From Strigamia acuminata (Eukaryota): 64,000 bases of DNA. The stretch covers positions 1,612,001 to 1,676,000 of the forward strand of contig OX442314.1 in the NCBI GenBank assembly GCA_949358305.1, written 5' to 3'. Below the pieces are notes generated by a model, which did not search any database, was not told where the DNA came from, and was given only the letters and a program-made list of their open reading frames with translations. Shown one piece after another: positions 23,075 through 35,255 of the stretch (positions within the stretch are counted from its first letter, which is position 1; each line of letters begins with the position of its first letter). Both the position numbers and the translations under genes were made by a program.

Positions 23075-24510
23075 CCGTGCGGGCCGTTAACGGGCCGCCG
23101 ACGATCCCGCAACGGCCCCGTAACGGCCCGTACGGGCCGTTAACGGGCCGCACGAGGTTGGCGAGGCCGCCGCACGGGCCGCCGACGGTCCCGTAACGAC
23201 CCCGTTAACGGCCCGTGCGGGCCGTTAACGGGCCGCCGACGGTCCCGTCACGATCCCGTAACGGCCCGTACAAGCCGTTAACGGGCCGCCGACGGTCCCG
23301 TCACGATCCCGTCACGGCCCGTGCGGGCCGTTAACGGGCCGCCGACGGTCCCGTCACGATCCCGTCACGGCCCGTGCGGGCCGTTAACGGGCCGCCGACG
23401 GTCCCGTCACGATCCCGTCACGGCCCGTGCGGGCCGTTAACGGGCCGCCAACGGTCCCGTCACGATCCCGTCACGGCCCGTGCGGGCCGTTAACGGGCCG
23501 CCGACGGTCCCGTCACGATCCCGTCACGGCCTGTGCGGGCCGTTAACGGGCCGTTAACGGGCCGTTAACGGGCCGTTAACGGCCCGTTAACGGCGTAAAA
23601 CCAAAAACAGGATTCGAGATTAATGTCTATGAATGTTGTACGCGTTTTCACGTACGTGTTGTCGGTTGTTGATTTTTTCGATTTACGCCGTAACGGCCCG
23701 TTAACGGCCCGTTAACGGCCCGTCAACGGCCCGTCAACGGCCCGCATGGAGTCGTACGGGCCGTTAACGGGATCGTGACGGTCCCGTCACGATCCCGTCA
23801 CGGCCCGTGCGGGCCGTTAACGGGCCGCCGACAGTCCCGTCACGATCCCGTCACGGCCTTCGTTCCCGGACTTCGGCTCGCCGACGGCCCGTACGACCTC
23901 ACGCGGGCCGTTAACGGGCCGTTAACGGGCCGTTAACGGCCCGTTAACGGCCCGTTAACGGCGTAAAACCAAAAACAGGATTCGAGATTAATGTCTATGA
24001 ATGTTGTACGCGTTTTCACGTACGTGTTGTCGGTTGTTGATTTTTTCGATTTACGCCGTTAACGGCCCGTTAACGGCCCGTTAACGGCCCGTCAACGGCC
24101 CGCATGGAGTCGTACGGGCCGTTAACGGGCCGCCGACGGTCCCGTCACGGTCCCGTCACGGCGCGTGCGGGCCGTTAACGGGCCGCCAACGGTCCCGTCA
24201 CGATCCCGTCACGGCCCGTGCGGGCCGTTAACGGGCCGCCGACGGTCCCGTCACGATCCCGTCACGGCCTGTGCGGGCCGTTAACGGCCCGTTAACGGCG
24301 TAAAACCAAAAACAGGATTCGAGATTAATGTCTATGAATGTTGTACGCGTTTTCACGTACGTGTTGTCGGTTGTTGATTTTTTCGATTTACGCCGTAACG
24401 GCCCGTTAACGGCCCGTCAACGGCCCGCATGGAGTCGTTCGGGCCGTTAACGGGCCGCCGACGGTCCCGTCACGATCCCGTAACGGCCCGTTACGGCCAA
24501 GGGCCGTAAC
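23075..24510. repeat. Palindromic GGGCCGTTAACGGCCC-based tandem array with three identical 98-bp AT-richer cores
   Basis: ~53-bp and 11-bp repeats. Cores at 23592-23689, 23960-24057 and 24297-24394, each bounded by GGCGTAAA…TTTACGCC. Confidence 0.95.
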
Positions 24511-25371
24511 GGGATAACTGAGAGAGTCGGGTGCGAGACCACGTGACCCGGAGTGTGGTTTTTGGGGGCGAGGGCCGTCCTCCGACCGCGCCGTGACGCG
24601 CCCCGGGTCGGATCAAGAGGCGACCCGGTCGGAAACCGAACCTCGGGGTTCCTCGGGGCGTGGTTTTTTGGGGAGGGGGGGGGGGGGGGGATTGGGTCGC
24701 GTGCTCCGACCGCGCCGCAACGCGCCGTGGGTCGGTCACCAACCTTTGTCAATATTTTATAAATTTCCACGGAATTTCAACAATGTTTTACATAAGTCCG
24801 TCAAATCGGGCAGAAATATCCCGTACAATGTCGCTGCAATTCTGTGGAAATTTATCAGATATTGACAAAATTCGGTGACGGGCGGAAGGGCGATTCCCGG
24901 GCGGAAGAGAGAGAGAGAGAGAGAAAGGGGGGACGGCCGGCGCCTACGCCGACGGGGCGCGGAGGGCGAGTGCACTGTTCACGCATGTGGGCGCGTGTGG
25001 ACGCTCGATTTACTGGCGCGTTGGACAAGTCAAAAAAAATTTCCCAATGTCTGACAAAAATTCCATCGAATCACGGCAATATTTGACAACACTTGCACAG
25101 ATTTTTAGCAACATTCACCGGCGAGGTCGTTGATGAACTCGCTTTACCCCGATGAATCTCGCGCGACAACAACCCTGCGAAAATACCAAATCTCGTACGA
25201 ATAATAAACACGGCGCAAACCGCACAAAAATCCACGACATAAAATCGAATGTCGTCTATCGGCACTCTCAGCATTCCCCCGGACATTTTCCGGAAGAGTT
25301 TGGTCCGGCCGGAATCCGAGGAATAGTCACTCCCAAAGTGCGGATTTTGCGGGTGCACTCGCTTCCGAAGG

Positions 25372-28300
25372 TTATAAATTAAAGAATTAAAATCGTCAGA
25401 TTTTGAATTTTTTTATGGCTCAAAAACCATTGAATATGATCGATCCAAAAGGAAATAATAAGCAGACAAACTTAAATTTAAGTTCTGTACCACTTGGCGA
25501 TCAAACAGAAAAGATTCCCGATCATTTTACTCTGTATTGTAATCGTCATGGACTGGATAAAACCAAGTTTAAAAATATAATCGAAGCTTCAGACTATGTA
25601 AAAGCTAGGAACTGGCGAGATCGTACCCAATCTCAATCTTCACATCAAGATCCAGTACGGAATCCACAAACATACAGCCGAAACTTAGTGAATCAAGATT
25701 CTCATACTATGTTTCAAACATCCAGTAGGGGATCTAAGTTAGAAAAGTTTAAACCACCTAATTCGGTAGATAAGGGGGAAGAGAATTATAAACCTAATAA
25801 TTCTCGTCCAGAGAGTTCGTTAACTAACCAGTCGGTTGTTCAGAACAAATTAAAACTCGTTTACAATCGAGATCAGCTAATTTCAGTTCGATATGCTAAT
25901 CCAGCTGAAGCACAACGATATGTGGCTAGCCTTAATCTGTCGATTAACCTACCGCTATCAAAAGAATTGGGAACCGTAAACAAAAGTTTTGGGCCACCAA
26001 TATCAACGCAAAGGAAAGATATTCGGACTCCAAACAAACATTTGCAGTCAAATAACGTACAACAACGTGCCCGATCGCCGATCACAAACTCATGTTTGCG
26101 GACGTATGATTTGTCTACCAAGAAGAGTCCCCAGCCAAGACAATTCTACCTAACGCCCATTTCAAATCGAAAAAAGGTCAAGCAAACTTTTTCCTTGAAA
26201 AAGTATTACCAACACGATAATGAGAATGATTTTAAACCTAAAAAAGAAAGTTTTTTGACTAACCCACGGGAGATCCGGTATCAATTCGAACAGTATTGTA
26301 AACAATACCAGTTAAATTCAGCTGAATTTAAAAATATAAACGAAGCGCAACAATTCGTATTTCGAAATCAATACCGTAACCAACGACTAAAACCCGTCCC
26401 AGTCGTCAATCTGACGGAGATACAACAATTTGCGTCTGGAAAGCAACCCTGCAATATCCAGAATAATTCATCTCAACGAGAGGAATTAAGAACTTCAAAA
26501 AAGCGTTTTCGGTCACCAAGTCCAGCTGGTGATGAAGAAACTTCAAGTACAAACCAACATGTTCAAAAAACTGACTGAAAACCCAGGTTTCCAATCATCA
26601 GTTCCACGACTTAGAGTCAAATATAGATCCCCTCGTTTGTTGCGGGATTTCACAATTCCAAATATGGGTCCTTTCCACGTATGGTTTTCCAATGAGGGTC
26701 CCATTCATGTATGGTTTTCCAGAGATGACCTAAAACAAAAAGTTGGGTCGTCACGGTCATTTACACTGCCAAGTGAGTACACTGTGTGTAACTGCCCAAA
26801 GAAAAAACGTCGAAAGAAATCAGTACAGCAGGCTGAGAGATCTCGGAAATTTGCAAATATGCGAGCTCAATATTTAGCAAAGAATCATGTTGATTAAACA
26901 TGATATGATACACAAAGATTCCCCGATTATAGTGTAAACAGAAAATCCTCTTCTAAAAATCATGACCTCTCTTCTAAAGAAAAGGGGGACAAAATATAAA
27001 AGTTAGAATTAACAAAATTTTGAAAAGTAATGCTACATTATTAAGACAACTAGTTTAATTAAATTAGTCAATTGTACAAAGAATACCAAGTGACTCCGGT
27101 CATGACAATTAAGGGGGACAATTATGATTTCTTAATTGTCAACTCTTATCATCTAAAAGCTATTTATTGTATATTTATAGCGATACATCTGACTAGGCAT
27201 ATGAAATAAATATTTTGTGATAACACAAATGATGATTTTATGTATGACGAAAGTTTCTTCAAAAAGAAGACTTGGAAATAAATTCTGGACTTGAATTTAG
27301 GCTATTAGAAAAGATTATTTCGGCAGAAAATCAGAACTTAGATAATTCAAGTTAGTTTATGTAAGCTCAAATTCGAAATTGGAAGTCACGGTATCTCCAA
27401 GATACATCAAGTCCGAAAATAGCATTTATGCTAATTAGGAGAATAACGAAAACTCTATAAAATTTTATATAATTGTGTTATTAAGGGGGATGTGTGACGG
27501 TTTACAATGGCTATAAATGCCTATTTTCTTAGAAAGAAGCGCTGTTGCGCCATTATCATGATATCTCGAAGATATTCTGTGTAAAACTGATAAATGTCTG
27601 GAATAAAGTTATTTATGATGTTTCAAATACAAAGATGTTCGTTTATTAAGAATAAACACTCATTCCTACTTGATATCAAAGGATTCCGGCCGAATCACGA
27701 AGAGTCGTCTGCTAAAACCGCATTTGTCAATGCGCAATGTTGCCACAAGATGGCGCGATTACGATTTAGCGGCAAATTCAAGATATGAATATAAAACATG
27801 TAAATAAATATAAAACTATATTTACTAGAATGAAACGAAGCTTTGTGAACATTAATATAAAGATATATTAATGTCTTGTGATGTTAAATACAATGTAACT
27901 TCCATTTTCTGCGGGACAGGACATTTGGTGATCAATCGATCAACCAATAGATCTGATTGGTGGATCCATTTCCGGTCCTGGGTATCCAGTTCCGGTTGTG
28001 GTGAGAATTAGCACATTGTTCCTCCGTATCCACTTCCGGTGATACGGGATTGGAGGGATTCGTGGAACCCATGTTCCAATTGGATAACTGGATTAATCCT
28101 TAATCCAGTCAGGTTATATAAACCCAAACAACCGGCCATTCTGCAGCTCTGTTTGATTATTTTCTGTTTGGTATTGTTACTTAAGAAATATGATTCGTTG
28201 TTCACGTAAAAAACCTTTTGGTTCTTTGTTGATTTATTCGCAAAGAACCGTTGCATGATTCTACAGAATCATGCCACCGCCGGCAATTGAAGTCGAAGTG

Positions 28301-29392
28301 CTGGGATTATTATGTTGCATAAATGTTACAGTCTACGGTTGCGACGCCGAAGGAGAACCCGCCGTTGTGCAATTCAGTATCCTCCGGACAGGACCAAGTT
28401 GTCTTTTTCGGTATGAACGTATTCCGTTACCACGAGTAGCATCGGTATTGTTGAGAATCGGTTCCTTCACCTGATGGTGCCAAAGCAGTCTGTTTTACAG
28501 TAACCACGAGTAGCACCAAGTGTTTGGCAAGCTGATTCTCATGGTATTCGATGCCAAAGCAGTCGGTCTATTATTAGTACCGCGAGAGATAAAACTGCTG
28601 TGCGGAGCCGCGAGCTATCGACCCCTGTGTACGTGGTACCGTCAACCACTCGATGGACGACCGTGCTGCGACGCCGGGGACGCTTGATACCGTTCTGCAT
28701 GGCAAGGCGTATATTCTAATCGATGGCAATTGTGTGTTGCGACGGGAAGCTTAATCTTCATTTTATTTATAACAGCAAAACTTAAACTCGACAACCAGTT
28801 GGACCAAAATCAAGTCAGAAGACTTAATCTCATATTGAACTCAATATAACCGATAAGTTGACGACAACTTATTCCCGAAATATCTAAATAAGAATTCACA
28901 ACGATATGAATTAAATATAATTCATAAGTGGAATATTGATAAGTAAATGAATACATTTACTTACACCAATATCCTCCCAAAGTTGTGGCGGTGCAGACAA
29001 AGTCAACCGCAATGCTCAGATCATTCGATTTATCGACGTGCGATAATTTACACAGCGAACCAAGGAAACCAGCGAAGCCATATCGGACTCCAGGACACAG
29101 CCATCCGGCTTAGATGACATCTGTAAACCAGGTCGAGCGATGGGGAAACCGCTCCCTTATCCCAGACACGTAATGATATTATTTTAGGACCAATTGGCCT
29201 ATGCTTTGTATAGTTTAATAGTCAGTTAACTTGCCAAATGTTGGCATTAGTCTTATGTATAATTTAGCTCACTGCATATTGTTTGCCAACAATAAATTGT
29301 CTTGTATTTATCTCGTATTGTATTCACTGTTATTTATCGCGATCTCTTCCCGGTACCATTGTTAAATGGGAGTTGTGGTCGTCACCGTCACA
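25372..29392 (+). mobile_element. 3' part of LTR retrotransposon 1 (probably Gypsy-like): accessory ORF, PPT and ~1.9-kb 3' LTR at 27493-29392
   Basis: PPT aagggggatg at 27483-27492. LTR bounded by the inverted termini TGTGACGGT…ACCGTCACA. The LTR end interrupts another element's RNase H coding sequence. Confidence 0.7.
25403..26578 (+). CDS. Accessory ORF (391 aa) of LTR element 1 with an internally duplicated ~25-aa motif
   Basis: Long ORF upstream of the PPT/LTR. FTLYCNRHGLDKTKFKNIIEASDYV resembles FEQYCKQYQLNSAEFKNINEAQQFV. Confidence 0.5.
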   Translation: MNFFMAQKPLNMIDPKGNNKQTNLNLSSVPLGDQTEKIPDHFTLYCNRHGLDKTKFKNIIEASDYVKARNWRDRTQSQSSHQDPVRNPQTYSRNLVNQDSHTMFQTSSRGSKLEKFKPPNSVDKGEENYKPNNSRPESSLTNQSVVQNKLKLVYNRDQLISVRYANPAEAQRYVASLNLSINLPLSKELGTVNKSFGPPISTQRKDIRTPNKHLQSNNVQQRARSPITNSCLRTYDLSTKKSPQPRQFYLTPISNRKKVKQTFSLKKYYQHDNENDFKPKKESFLTNPREIRYQFEQYCKQYQLNSAEFKNINEAQQFVFRNQYRNQRLKPVPVVNLTEIQQFASGKQPCNIQNNSSQREELRTSKKRFRSPSPAGDEETSSTNQHVQKTD

Positions 29393-31390
29393 ACATATCG
29401 CCCCGGAAAATTCAATCAGGTAGCCGACGCTTTATCGCGAGCCCCGGCGTCCGACCCCCATGGTCCGGACGACGACGGCGAAGACGATTCGCGTCTACTT
29501 TATTGTCCGACGCCCAGACGGATTTGGCGCCTTCGTAAAGCGAACGAATTGCCCGTGATGGAGCCCGCTGATAAAACTTTCTGTGGTTTCTGGACTCGAA
29601 CGTACCAGCCAGCTGGAACAACCGACGCAAAGACGGAGGCAGCCCCTCCAGTCGTCCAAGAGACCCCAAAGACTCCGCTGCGTGCCTTCACGGCCACAAT
29701 AGAAAAGAAAACGCAATACGCACCGCCAACAAGACTCGAGTTTATCGAACATCAGGCGACCGACGCCAAATGTCAAATAATGACTCGATTCCTAGAAAAA
29801 GGGGAATATCCGATCGACATGACGAATCCTCATCGCAGGAAGCAATTTGCTAAGGAAGCCACCAGCTACCTGATAGACGACGGGTTACTACTGAAATACC
29901 ACCCGACGTTTCAGGACGACCTTAGCGGAGCGGGAAACGCGATAAAAGTGGTGGTGCCTGTCTCGCTACACACCCGATTGCTGTGGCTGATGCACGGGCA
30001 CCCACTCGCTAGCCACGCCGGCATAGCACGAACATTGTACCGCGTGAAGCAGATATTCTTTTGGCCCGGAGCCCGCCAGAAAATAACGAAATTTATTCGT
30101 CACTGCTCCCGGTGCCAAGCATGTCGACCTCGCGACAAGGTGGCCAGAAACACAATGTCTCTCGGCCCCTATGCCCCCTTCGACTGTTGGAGTGTTGACT
30201 TGATGGGCCCCAAGCCCACAACAAGCAACCGCAACATGTATATACTTGTAATTATGGACGTAGCGACCCGTTGGCCCGAGTTGTACGCCCTCGCGAAGCC
30301 CTCGGCGGAAAATATCGCCGAGTGTCTTTACGACGTGGCGTTGCGATTTGGGTTTCCTCGGAAGCTCATTTCCGATAACGGGCCCCAATTCAGGTCCAAA
30401 ATATACAAGGAGTTCTGCAAGAAATTCAAGATGGAGATTTCAAACACCTCCACTTATAATCCTCAAACGAACCCCGTGGAAAGGCTAAACAAAGACGTGA
30501 AATACGCTTTGACGGTGTTCACCGACGTACACAATCGGTGGGATGAATATCTACGTGAGATAGCGTTCAGCATTCGCTCCACCGTATCACGAACACGCGA
30601 CTTCTCACCGGCGTTTCTTAATTTCGCCCGCGAACTAAGAATGCCGTGGGACCCACGAGTTGCGGAGGCAGTAAATGTACTGGACCCCGCTAACCCACAC
30701 GAGTACGTATGTCGTTTGGAACAGACGATTTCCGACACATATCAACACCTAATGACTCACATCTTTGATCTACGGGAAAGAGTCGCAGAAAAAGAAGGAG
30801 AATTGGGATTCACGAATTTCAAGGTCAACGATCTGGTGTGGAAGGAAACACACATATTATCGAATGCGGCGAGGGGCATTGCCGCGGGTCTGGCCGACAA
30901 AAGGGACGGACCCTATGTAATTGTGGCAGAACACGGCGGCAACGCCTACCAATTGCGCAGATTAACAGATAATAAGAATTTCCAGTCGATCAACGGCCGG
31001 GAATTAAAACCATATCTACCAGAATTTCGCCAAGAAATATGGCTGGAAGGTCAGACGCACAGCGGCCAAGGTGGCACAGTGGTCGACACATTCCAAAATA
31101 ACAACGAAATTGACGAAGGAGCAGACGAAGATGACGAATTTTTCGACGCCGAATCCCAACCCGCAGATGCTCCCGATCAAGCGGAACAAACAGTCTCGGA
31201 GAGGGAGGAAGCAGAAGAAAATACTTCTGAAAAAGAAAAAACAAAATTAGAAGAAGTAAACAATACCGCAAGATCGGAGATGAGCGACCAAGTGGGAGCC
31301 GATACCACTCGCGAGCAAAAACGCAACCTTCGACCGCGAAAATCGAAGAATCCGTTCATCCAAGACGGAAAAATCACCGGGGGAAACTAG
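29393..31390 (+). CDS. pol: Gypsy pol C-terminal part: RNase H end and integrase (5' side interrupted by the element-1 LTR)
   Basis: YRPGKFNQVADALSR; HHCC zinc finger (HGHPLASH…CSRCQAC); DDE motifs WSVDLMGP, ISDNGPQF, NPVERLN; GPY motif. Confidence 0.93.
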   Translation, partial: TYRPGKFNQVADALSRAPASDPHGPDDDGEDDSRLLYCPTPRRIWRLRKANELPVMEPADKTFCGFWTRTYQPAGTTDAKTEAAPPVVQETPKTPLRAFTATIEKKTQYAPPTRLEFIEHQATDAKCQIMTRFLEKGEYPIDMTNPHRRKQFAKEATSYLIDDGLLLKYHPTFQDDLSGAGNAIKVVVPVSLHTRLLWLMHGHPLASHAGIARTLYRVKQIFFWPGARQKITKFIRHCSRCQACRPRDKVARNTMSLGPYAPFDCWSVDLMGPKPTTSNRNMYILVIMDVATRWPELYALAKPSAENIAECLYDVALRFGFPRKLISDNGPQFRSKIYKEFCKKFKMEISNTSTYNPQTNPVERLNKDVKYALTVFTDVHNRWDEYLREIAFSIRSTVSRTRDFSPAFLNFARELRMPWDPRVAEAVNVLDPANPHEYVCRLEQTISDTYQHLMTHIFDLRERVAEKEGELGFTNFKVNDLVWKETHILSNAARGIAAGLADKRDGPYVIVAEHGGNAYQLRRLTDNKNFQSINGRELKPYLPEFRQEIWLEGQTHSGQGGTVVDTFQNNNEIDEGADEDDEFFDAESQPADAPDQAEQTVSEREEAEENTSEKEKTKLEEVNNTARSEMSDQVGADTTREQKRNLRPRKSKNPFIQDGKITGGN

Positions 31391-31791
31391 AAAGAAATAA
31401 AAAGGTCAAAACATGTGATCGCGGCGTCGTAAAGTTGAAGAAATTCACTTACGAGAGCTGCAACGCATGTCGAGACATAAAATTCGGCTAAGTCCGAATT
31501 TCGTCGTCAGTTATCACCGTCAATATCGAAAAGCGAGATTGCATGACGTATCGGTCGAAACCCCGTAGCGTAACATGCGCACGGCTCGATCGCATACGTC
31601 GTCCCCGTAGCCCCATGCTCACACGGACAAGTCTCGTACCGTACGAGATGCGTCCGTGACCCAGAATCCTCTGCGCCGGTCGGTTTCCGTTTCCGATTGT
31701 TCGCTGAGACGAAAGCACGCGTTTTGTAACCTTTCTCCCTGAAAGTGACCCAAAACCTCTTTTTCTCACGAATAATCTTTAGTTTTCTTGA

Positions 31792-34700
31792 ATGGCCGAT
31801 CGACGCAACCCGAGAATTGACCCCGACGCCTCGTCCTCCAGAGACGAGAGCGAAGGATTGGTCATCGAGGCGGAGGAAGAAAATTGGGATGAGCCGGAGC
31901 AACCGCAGGTAACATAAGATCTTCCCGTAAGATCAAAAAATGTAATCCGCCGACATCCGACACCATGTCGGATTGTGGCGCGTGATAACTTGACTGATGA
32001 ATTCTTTTTGTATTTGTTTTGTTGATTTTCGGTAGAATCGGAGCTCGGGCGCGGAAACCATTTTCGTGCTCGAAGATCTCCGATCTCCAAACCCAGACAA
32101 AGGAATTGTTTGCCAAGATGGCGTCGCTAAAAAATTAGAAAAAATTGAAAACTAAAAGTAACGTTGAAACTCCGTAATAAATTAAAATACGAGTAGAAAA
32201 GCTTAAATAAAAACAACCGATTCTTTTATATTACGCGACGTTGTTTTGAGCGGACCTCCTGAATCTAAAAAAGGTAGCAAGAGAAAGACTGAGCTACACC
32301 AGCGGCCAACCACCGCGGACCTGCGAATAATCAGGACAGAGAGGAGCGGCCACAACCGAAAGAAATTTTGGTGCCACCGCCGATCTCACAATTTTTATTC
32401 CAAATATTTGTAAAAAGGGTATCGAAATTAAAATGTATTTAATGCTTCAGATCGACCCGCTACAATCATGGGACGCCCTGCCGTCTACAGTGCCCACCAA
32501 GGGCAACATCTTCCGGCTAGCGATGCCAGAATTTATCCGGCTAGCCTATCCAGAGGAAGACACCGATGTCTGGGCCCTGAGATTACGCTACTCCCGAGCG
32601 ATCGAAGAATTCTTTGACCGACCCAGGACGCTAGTCGAATGTTTGCCCAGGCAAATACGAGAAAGGGTAGGGCCACGGATCGATCCCGATTTCGATCCGT
32701 CGAGCCCTATTTTTTCAGAGCTACTTCGAGCTCGGTACGGTGGTACCGAGGCGGACGAGCGCACCGGCCTTCGGTGGCGCAACGCCGCAACGCCAGAGGA
32801 GCGGAGACGAATCGTCCGCGAAGAGATCGCTCACCTAGAGCGAACGGCAACCAGTGCCGTAATACGAGTTTTGGAGCGAAATGGTTTCTCGACGGGAGAA
32901 ATCAAAGAATGGTTACGAGAGGCCCGCGAAGACCGCCAAGGAACACCGTGGGTGCCGCCCGTCGGCTTTATCGCCACTCAAGCCGAAATGTGGCAGCTGC
33001 ATCAAGTCGGCATCCTTCAGAGCGGCACACGAGTCAGGAGGCTGAAGAGACAGGCCTCAAGCTCAAACGGCGGCCCCGCTCCGAGTAGGCAGGCCCTTTC
33101 CACCGAGGAGAGCGGCCCGTCGACGAGCGGGACGCAACCCGGCCATTCGATCAGTTCCGACCTAAGAATTCAAGCGGTCACCCAGTCGGGAGGCCTGCGC
33201 TCAGTTGTGATCGTACCCGCCTCATCCCGCGAATTGCGACTAGATCCAGAGGCCGGAACTTCCAACTCATGGAGCGACCGGGTCGACGAACAGGAGAGAC
33301 AAGCAGCTACCGCAGCCGCACCCTCTCTCTTCCTAGTGCGCACCGTCCGGCCGTCGGACGAAGAGTCGACCATGTTCGACCAAGCGGAACCCCCGTACAA
33401 AATCCGAAGAGACTCGGTAACCCATTCGCACGTCGAAACCGCCAACACAAGGCGCAACCGGAAGAGCAGAGCTCGCCGCAGGCAAAGGATGCAAACCCTG
33501 CTAGCGAAACTCGCCGCCGCCGAGAAGAGGCCGACCGCCGCCGGTAGTTCGGACTCGCCAAGAACCGGACCCGCGGCCGTGTCATCCTCCGATCGGAAGA
33601 AGGGACCCGAAGGATGGTGCGAGACCATTGAAGAAAAAATGGATTTAGACGAAGGGCCAAAAACGGACCAGCCCATGTCACGAAGAGAACTGGCCGAAGT
33701 GCTCACCAACGCCTTTCGCGGATTCTCCGCGAACCGGCCAACGCCCTCTACGGACCAAACCGCGCTCGTGCCATCCGCACCAACCTTCCATCCGGTCCAA
33801 CCAAGCTGGCCGCCTCTCCTCGAGGCCCCGCCACCAGCCATAACTAGATGGGCGCCCCCTGGAAGCATGCGACCAGGCGAGGCATTCCTAGAATACGTCA
33901 CGCACCGACCGCCAGGGCTGGCTCCCCCGCCAGTCCCTCCGCCGACTCAGGCACCGAGGCCGACTCGTGACACCATGTGGTACGAAGAAAAAGAGCGGGA
34001 TGCCCGAAATCGACGAGAGGCAGCGAATCCCACCTTGGGAGAACTACAGGCCCACCAGGCTGAATGTGAGCACCCCGCTACCGCCGAACGGGCCTTGGCA
34101 CAGGCTGACGCCGCTCAGACGGAGCACATCAATTGGGCGATAGCCCAAATGCGCAAACTATCTGCCACTTTTTCGGCGGATCCAAACCGCGCCCTGCCGC
34201 TCAGCCGAAGCAGTCTAAACGCCGAGGTAACACGCGTAATGTCCGAAATCCTGTCTCCCGCCCTCTTCCTGGACGGCCGACAGTCGATGGCCGCCTGGAC
34301 CATAATCGACAGAGAGGGCGTCTTTCTAAACAGGGCCCTCTACCAACTTTGGGCCGAGCTTACACCAGCCGCGGCCAACCTTCGATTCGAGTTGGCCCGC
34401 TCCATGGAAAACCCGAATTTCCAGTTCGCGAAGATGCGTTCGATGGCATTCCGCTACAAAAACCCAGGGGTCCACCCGACGTTGTTGCGAAAGGTCGCCG
34501 AAGAGGCGCCCGCGGAGGAGGAGGCCGTCCGCCCCATCGTGGTGGCCGAGACGGTTCCTCCCAAACCTGCCGCCCGGAGTTATACCCCGTCTCCAAAGCC
34601 GGTATTCCCGAAGGAACGAAGATCGAGCAAGCGACCGAAGCTAGTCCCGAAGCGATCGCGCAAGGGACCCCAAACTCCACCGCTGCCGTCGCCCTCGCCG

Positions 34701-35255
34701 CCTTCTACGAGCATGGACGCCCTGTCCATAGAGGAGACAACTCCACCGTTGGAGATTCCCCTACCACCGTCTCCACCACCTCCGCCCTCGCCGGCTCCCG
34801 CGTTGACGCAGCTTTATCTACGATTGGAAGTGGAGTACCCCAACCTGCAAATGTCCGAAGCGACGCGCCAAGCGTTGCTAGCCACTCATCGCCAAGGCGA
34901 ATCATTCCTACAGTGGATGGCGAAGGAAATAAGGTTGACCAACGACCCGATCCTTCATCAACGACTCCAGCGGGCTCACCGAGAGCCCCTCACGCCGCCG
35001 GAATCGCATCGGATGCGTCGATGTCCCAGCCGCTTCCCCTCTTCGACCCAAATCTGGGTACATGAAAGAAGAAGCAGCACGGACGGACCTCCCGGCCACG
35101 CTCAATTCTTCATTAACGAATCGGAGAATCCAGCGAATCTGACCACGTCGCTGCCCGATGGCCTTCCTCCGCCACCGCCAGCCGTCAATCTCCCAATCCT
35201 ACGCCCCCGCGGAGGGAAGTTGCCCGCTATTGCGCTGAGGGACCAGATAGGGTAA
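31792..35255 (+). CDS. Large Pro-rich accessory protein of Gypsy element 2, probably spliced (31792-31908 + 32451-35255)
   Basis: A 940-codon ORF lies between pol and the PPT. An upstream 39-codon exon ends CAG|gtaaca and joins cttcag|ATC in phase 0. No signal peptide or TM segment evident. Confidence 0.6.

Larger units (their letters stand above)
1..25371. mobile_element. Right-hand portion of a putative giant piggyBac-type element with virus-like cargo (left end outside window)
   Basis: Contains an intact piggyBac transposase. Uniform CpG-rich, microsatellite-rich composition ends at …GCTTCCGAAGG|TTAT (25371). The reverse complement reads ATAA|CCTTCGG, a piggyBac-like CC-start end with a TTAA-variant site. 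Downstream DNA belongs to an LTR element. Confidence 0.6.

Noticed and set aside
1..25371. rDNA spacer or bacterial contamination as the source of the GC/CpG-rich block
   Set aside because: No rRNA sequence was recognised, and the genes have spliceosomal introns.
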